From: Heteronotia binoei
Taxonomy: Eukaryota
DNA: 64,000 nt
Reading direction: 5' to 3'
Assembly: GCF_032191835.1 (NCBI RefSeq)
Contig: NC_083242.1
Coordinates: forward strand, 38,626,001 to 38,690,000
Part shown: positions 58,003 through 64,000 of the stretch, piece after piece
Numbering within the stretch: the stretch's first letter is position 1
Layout of the letters: each line of letters opens with the position of its first letter
Translations under genes and position numbers: made by a program
The notes under the pieces: model-generated
Seen by the model: only the letters and a program-made list of their open reading frames with translations
What the model was told of the DNA's origin: nothing
The model's database searches: none

Positions 58003-61000
58003 ATGGGCCTCCGGCTACTGCTGCTCCTGGCGCTGCGGCCGCTGCTCGCCGCCTCGCCGGGGGGGAAGGAGCTGCAGAGCGGCGCGCCGGACGGTGAGGG
58101 AGGGAGGGGCCCCTCTTGCTGCTGGAGGGGGCTCGGCGAAGGGGCGCTTGGAGGGCGGGGAGCCCCTCTGCTGCCGCCCCGCCCGGGCCTTGACCTGCAG
58201 CCCGCTCTTCTTCCAACGCCCTCGGCGCCCCACCCTTCCTTGGAAGCGCCAGGCCCGCGGGGCCTAACGGGTGGCGGCCTCCTCCTCCGCGCGGGCGGGC
58301 GGGGCTTCCCTGCAGTGCCCAGGTTCCCGGGCTTCTGGCCTCCCGGCTGACAGGTGCTGCTTCTGCTTCTCTCTTCTCCTCCCAGGCGCGACCTACCTCT
58401 CGGAGTACTTCTCGCAGAGCGCCCAGAGGCTCTCCTTCTACCGGTGGTATGGCACCGCCAAGCTCTTCCGATTCCGTGTGCCGGAGGACACCGTCCTGGT
58501 CCGCTGGCTCCTGCAGGCCTCCCGGGGGACTGGCCCAGAGTGCCGAGGCGAGACCCAGGTCACCATGTACGTCCCCCCGCCCTGCTCCTTCCCTGGGCAG
58601 TAGCAGGCAGCACCCAGCCCCTGGGGCTTCTGAACTATGGCCGCCTCCTCTTTTCTTGCAGCCACTTCCGCCATGGGGCACCGCCCGTCATCAACCCCCT
58701 GGGCACGCAGTTCCCCGCCAACATGAGCCTGCCGGGCTCCTTCAGCCAGACGTTGGCGCTGGGGAGGGCCGCGCCCCAGAACGCCACCTTCCTCAACCTC
58801 ACCAGCCCTGCCGCCGGAGACTGGTTCATCGTGGCCCACCTGCCTGAGGCCACGGGCAAGATTGAAGTCAAGGTGAGTGGGGAGGGGTGGAGGAGGGCCA
58901 CTGAGCCGGGCCTTCGAGGCCCCCTGCCTGAGCCTGCCTTCCCCGCAGGGCTTCTCCACGCCGTGCACCTACACCTTCCAGCCGGATATGTTCCTGCTGC
59001 GCCTCTTGGAGGTCTCCGCCCTGGAGCCCGACCTTCTCTCCTGGCAGACCATCTCTGGCCCAGCTTGGCCGCTTCACACCAAGTGAGAGAAGGCGGGATG
59101 CGGGGGTGGGTGGGCATGGGGGGGAAGGGGGTCAGCCACGGGGCGGAGGGGTGCCCCAGTCCATCAGCCTCTTTTCAGGTTTCTCTCCCTGCCTGCCTGC
59201 ACAGGATCTTTGTCCCGGCATACTGCACTGCCCTGAAGGTTGAGCTGCGAAACTGCACAGCAAACACCTCCGTGGCCTGTGCTCTCCACGTCACGCTGGG
59301 TTCCGCCACGCTGCCCCGGTCCTTCCAGAAGGTGCTGAACTGCACAGGGGGGGAAGCCTTCCCCTGCAGCCTCCTCCTGGCCTCGCCACCGTGGGAGAAG
59401 TGGCTGCGGATCACAGTGGAAAGCCTCAGCGGGCCCAGGGCCCGGCTCTCCTTCCAGATGGAAGCTTCCTTCACAGGTAGGTGTGTGCTGGTGCTCGAGG
59501 GCAGCTGGCTACCCACCTCCGGGGAGGGAAGGAGGGAGCTTCGCCACCCATTGTGGGGGATCTGTGGCATATCAGTTGCTCACCTCCACATTTGGAGGCC
59601 CAGGGTCAGGGTGGCCCTCGGTGACGGTGGCCCCTTCCTGCATCAAGAGGCGCCCTGGTGTGGTTCTCCCTGCTTCCTTCCTTCTCAGCATGCAAGCCCG
59701 GGACGGCCAGCACCTTCCTGGCATTCTACCAGAGCTTGAACCGAAGCCAGGCTGTGCCACCGCAGGGAGGCAGCCCTAATGCCATGTGGCAGGTGGGTGC
59801 CAACGCCTCTGCTCCAGGGAGCTCCTGCCTGCGCAGCCAGCCAGTCGTCCGGGAGGACCTGGATGTGGTGTCGGTGATGTTCCGGGTCCTTGGGGAGTCC
59901 GGCGTGCCAGTCCGGCCTCAGCTGCCAAGCCTGCTCCTTCTCTCCCTGAATTCGGGGATGGACAGCGGGGGGACGCTGATCCTCGGCCTGCAGCTGAACA
60001 AGGTGAGCCGGGGGGGGGGGGGAGGACCGGAGGACCTTGAGCGGCCCCTCGTCAGGCCATCCCTTGCCTTCAGCAAGCTCAGCACCTGCCTCCGTCTTCC
60101 AAGTCTCCAGAGAGCCAGTTTCGTGTAGTGGTTAAGTGCGTAGACTCTTATCTGGGAGAACCGTGTTTAATTCTCCACTCCTCCACTTGCACCTGCTGGA
60201 ATGGCCTTGGGTCAGCCAGAGCTCTCTTATCTGGGAGAACCGGGTTTGATTCCCCACTCCTCCACTTGCACCTGCTGGAATGGCCTTGGGTCAGCCATAG
60301 CTCTCTTATCTGGGAGAACCGGGTTAGATTCCCCACTCCTCCACTTGCACCTGCTGGAATGGCCTTGGGTCAGCCATAGCTCTTATCTGGGAGAACCGGG
60401 TTTGATTCCCACTCCTTCACTTGCAGCTGCTGGAATGGCCTTGGGTCAGCCATAGCTCTCTTATCTGGGAGAACCAGGTTGGATTCCCCACTCCTCCACT
60501 TGCACCTGCTGGAATGGCCTTGGGTCAGCCATAGCTCTTATCTGGGAGAACCAGGTTAGATTCCCCACTCCTCCACTTGCAGCTGCTGGAATGGCCTTGG
60601 GTCAGCCAGAGCTCTCTTATCTGGGAGAACCGGGTTGGATTCCCCACTCCTCCACTTGCAGCTGCTGGGATGGCCTTGGGTCAGCCACAGCTCTTATCTG
60701 GGAGAACCAGGTTTGATTCCCCACTCCTCCACTTGCACCTGCTGGAGTGGCCTTGGGTCAGCCAGAGCTCTCTTATCTGGAAGAACCGGGTTTGATTCCC
60801 CACTCCTCCACTTGCAGCTGCTGGAATGGCCTTGGGTCAGCCAGAGCTCTCTTATCTGGGAGAACCGGGTTTGATTCCCCACTCCTCCACTTGCACCTGC
60901 TGGAGTGGCCTTGGGTCAGCCATAGCTCTCCTAGAAGTTGTCCTTGAAAGGGCAGCTGCTGTGAGATCCCTCTCAGCCCCACCCACCTCACTGGGTGTCT

Positions 61001-63631
61001 GTTGTGCTTGAGGAAGATAACGGAGATTGTGAGCTGCTCTGAGATTCGAAGTGGAGGGTGGGATATAAATCCAATGTCTTTTTCTTCATCTTCTTCACGT
61101 CCTTGCAGACGGCCTCGATCCTTGGGAATGCCACCGTGCTCGCCTGCCTGAGTGCTGCTTCTCCAGTGCTGAACCCAAATGCCATGGGGGACTGCAGGAC
61201 AGGTACAGGAGGCCCACGGCTGCCCCAGGGCTGGGCCGTTCTGCATGGCTCTTGTCCAGGGTGGGTGGTGAAGAGATTGGCTGGGGTGGGGGGAAGCACC
61301 GCCTGGCAGGTCTGGGCTGTGTGTGTGTGTTGCTGGATGAGGGAGCTCACCGCAGCAGTGGCTCTCCCCGTTCTATGCCTGCAGCATTCTTCCAGGGCTA
61401 CCCCTTGAACGTGTCGGAGGCCTCCCTGGAAGCGGTGCTCAGCGTCCCCTACCCAGAGTCAGAGAGCTGGTTCCTGACCTTGCAGCTCGTCTGCCCAAAG
61501 GACGCGGGGTGAGTTGGGGGTGGGAGGAGCCTGGAGGGCAGTGGCAGGGATACCTCCTCGCCCACTCTTCTGCAGCCTGTGCTGTGCCTCCCCTCGGCCC
61601 CCTTCTCCTGCCGCCCTTCCTTTCCCTTGGCACAGCAGAATGACTGCCGCGATGCCCCCTCCCCAGCAGCTTCTTGTTCTGTGTTCTCTCCCCTCCCCCT
61701 GCACAGGGAATGTGCCCAAGCCCTGGTGACTGTCACCGCCTTCCTCAGCCCTTGCTGGAACGACTGCGGCCTGTACGGACAGTGCAGCTTCCTGCGGCGC
61801 CACGGCTACGTCTACGCGGGGTGCAGCTGCAAGGCTGGTGAGGAGAGCCCCTGGAAGCTGGCAGAAGCCCCATGCCTCCCGCAGCTGGGAGATTGGTCTG
61901 GGCCTGCCCTGGTCCCCGCCGGTATGCCCTCTTTGCCACTCGTGCTCCAGCCTGGCCAGGCAGTGCCTTCCGGAAGATGTGGCCCAGTGCTCTGGTTGTT
62001 TTGTTTGCAGAGCACCCTTAAGCGGTTCCCAAGGGACGTTGTGACCAAAGGCGAGCCTTTGTTTGCAGGGGCAGGAGAGGCTGAGCCAGGGCCCCTGAGG
62101 TCATTGGGCTCCTCTTCTTGTACAGCAGGGGTGGCCACACTTGCTTAACATAAGAACCACGTAGAATAAATGTCAGATGTTTGAAAGCTGCAAGACAGGA
62201 AGGCAGGCAGGCAGGCAAACAGAGGGGGGGAAGGAGAGGTGGAAAGAAAGCAACGTCAACTTTAAAGGCATGCTGAAAGCCACCAAAGTGAGTTAAAGAG
62301 GTGGGGCTTTGAGAGCCACATAACATGTGTGCAAGAGTTCCATGTGGCTTCGGAGCCCCCGCAGTCTGGCCACCCCTGTTGTTCAGGCCCCCCCTCCATC
62401 CCCACTGTGGCACAGGTGGCTTTTGTGCACCAAGGGGTATCGCTTGTTGGCTCTTTTCCCTTCCCTTTGGCAGGCTGGAGCGGGTGGGGCTGCACAGACG
62501 GCACGAAGGCCCAGTCGGTCGGTGCCCAAACGCTGGCCACCCTCTTGCTGACGCTCAGCAACCTGATGTTCCTGCCTGCCATTGCCGTGGCCCTGTACAG
62601 CTACCATTTGGTCGAGGCCTCCGTTTATCTCTTCACCATGTTCTTCTCCACGGTACGGCCATCTTCTGGTCCAGCTGGCCCTCTGCTGCGAGAGTCTCCC
62701 TGACACAGGGCCTGTGCTGGGCTGGGGGAGGTGGGCAGGCTGCCAGGACTACATCCTGTCTGAACTTGGCAGCTCTTGACCGACTGGTGGGGAGCGGGCC
62801 TCTGTCCTCTTCCGCCTGCCAGTGGCCTGGAGCTGGATCCATGCAGTTCCCTGTCCCAGGACGCCCTGCACCAGCCCTCCCCTCTCGCTTCTGGCCAGAG
62901 GGCAGCCCCTGCAGGTCCCGGCCAGCTGAGGGGAGGGGTCCACTGGAAGCTGCCGACCAACTTCCCTCTTCTCCCTCGGCTGCAGTTCTACCACGCCTGC
63001 GACCAGCCTGGGGTGGCCGTCCTGTGCATCATGGATTACGACACGCTGCAGTTCTGCGACTTCTTGGGCTCTGTGGTCTCTATTTGGGTCACCATTCTGT
63101 GCATGGCCCAACTGAAGAAAATGCTGAAACACGTACGTTTGCGGACACTGCTTGGGGACTGGGGGGGGGGGGGAGGTCTGTCAGCCTGGCTGGCGGCTTC
63201 TTAAGCAAGGGAGGGGGGAGCCGAAAGAGCCAGGGGGAGGAGAAGGCCAAGCACTTGAGTTCCCCCCTTGAACCAGGCCTTCACCCTCTCTGGAACTTCT
63301 GGCTGCCAGATGATCTTAGGATCACCTGACTATTCTACACACAACGGCTTACAGTAATTTAATCACTGTGTCCAGATGAAAGTGCTGCAGGCTCTGCAGG
63401 CGGACAAGGAGATTTCCGGGGGGGGAGGGGGGTGTTGGCCAAGCTCAGATTCTTGCCCTGCTTTGGCAGTGGGGCTTCTGCGATGCCTCTGACTGTCCTG
63501 TGGCCCCTCTGTAGATCCTTGTTCTTCTCGGGACCCTCTTCATCGCCATGTCTCTGCAGCTGGACCGGAGGGGGGTTTGGAACATGATGGGACCCTGTCT
63601 CTTTGCCCTCGTCATCATGATGTCCGTTTGG
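58003..63631 (+). CDS. PGAP6: Post-GPI attachment to proteins factor 6 (TMEM8A); last exon(s) outside window
   Basis: Exons 58003-58093, 58386-58566, 58662-58872, 58949-59082, 59205-59476, 59689-60002, 61109-61202, 61385-61508, 61707-61837, 62474-62652, 62986-63132, 63515-63631; phases consistent. Signal peptide, EGF-like [12 protein letters not shown]...[14 protein letters not shown], then [14 protein letters not shown] and FYHACDQP segments. Confidence 0.93.
60110..61096 (+). repeat. SINE expanded into a satellite: ten 77-79-bp units, each with a B-box-like motif
   Basis: TCTTATCTGG starts at 60146, 60225, 60304, 60381, 60459, 60536, 60615, 60692, 60771, 60850; single SINE head at 60110 and tail to about 61096. 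Confidence 0.93.
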
Positions 63632-63769
63632 GTAGGTGGCTGAGCCCTGCACTCCAGTCTCAGGGAGTGGAAACGTAAACATTGCACAGTTCTGCTGATG
63701 CAAGAAGATGAATAGTTGAGAGTTTCTCTACCTGAAGGAGTCTCAAAGCAGCTCACCCAGGCCTTCCTT

Positions 63770-63925
63770 CCCCTCCCCCTTGTGAGGCTTTTGGGGCTGA
63801 GAGTGGGGATAGGCCCAAGGTCACCCAGCTGGCTTCACATGCAGGAGAAGTAGGAGTGGGGAGTCAAGCCTGGCTCTCCAGATTAGAGCCCGCTGTTCCC
63901 CACCACTGCGCCACACCTGCTCTCA
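63770..63925 (-). mobile_element. Decayed SINE fragment
   Basis: Diverged match to the 44348 family. Confidence 0.55.
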
Positions 63926-64000
63926 GGTCTGGCATAACACCTCCATGCCCAGGAATTGGTTGCACAAGAGGAAATGGTAGCTGGGAGGGAAGTATGCAAC

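Noticed and set aside
58354-59739. 461-aa ORF as a separate intronless gene
   Set aside because: Read-through of short GC-rich TMEM8A introns; only parts are in the true frame

Overview
GC-rich vertebrate genomic DNA containing the alpha-globin locus of a squamate reptile, probably a gecko (inferred from SINE types, presence of globin Y and absence of an alpha-E gene). Gene order: GTF3C1 3' end (+), POLR3K (-), SNRNP25 (+), RHBDF1 (-), MPG (+), NPRL3 (-), alpha-D globin (+), alpha-A globin (+), globin Y (-), TMEM8A/PGAP6 (+, runs off the window). I reconstructed the exon chains by hand from splice sites and reading phase; gene names rest on recalled similarity to vertebrate orthologues, not on a database search. 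The HS-40/MCS-R2 erythroid enhancer is recognisable in NPRL3. CR1 LINE fragments, tRNA-derived SINEs, MITEs and several tandem arrays fill the introns. Most unusual observations: (1) the POLR3K and SNRNP25 start codons interlock in one CATG palindrome; (2) globin Y has an extra 5' coding exon and shares a 140-bp CRE-containing promoter with TMEM8A; (3) the MPG 3' splice site is tandemly amplified into frame-breaking decoy acceptors; (4) GTF3C1 and POLR3K are tail-to-tail with likely overlapping 3' ends; (5) a SINE tail appears to supply a TMEM8A polypyrimidine tract.
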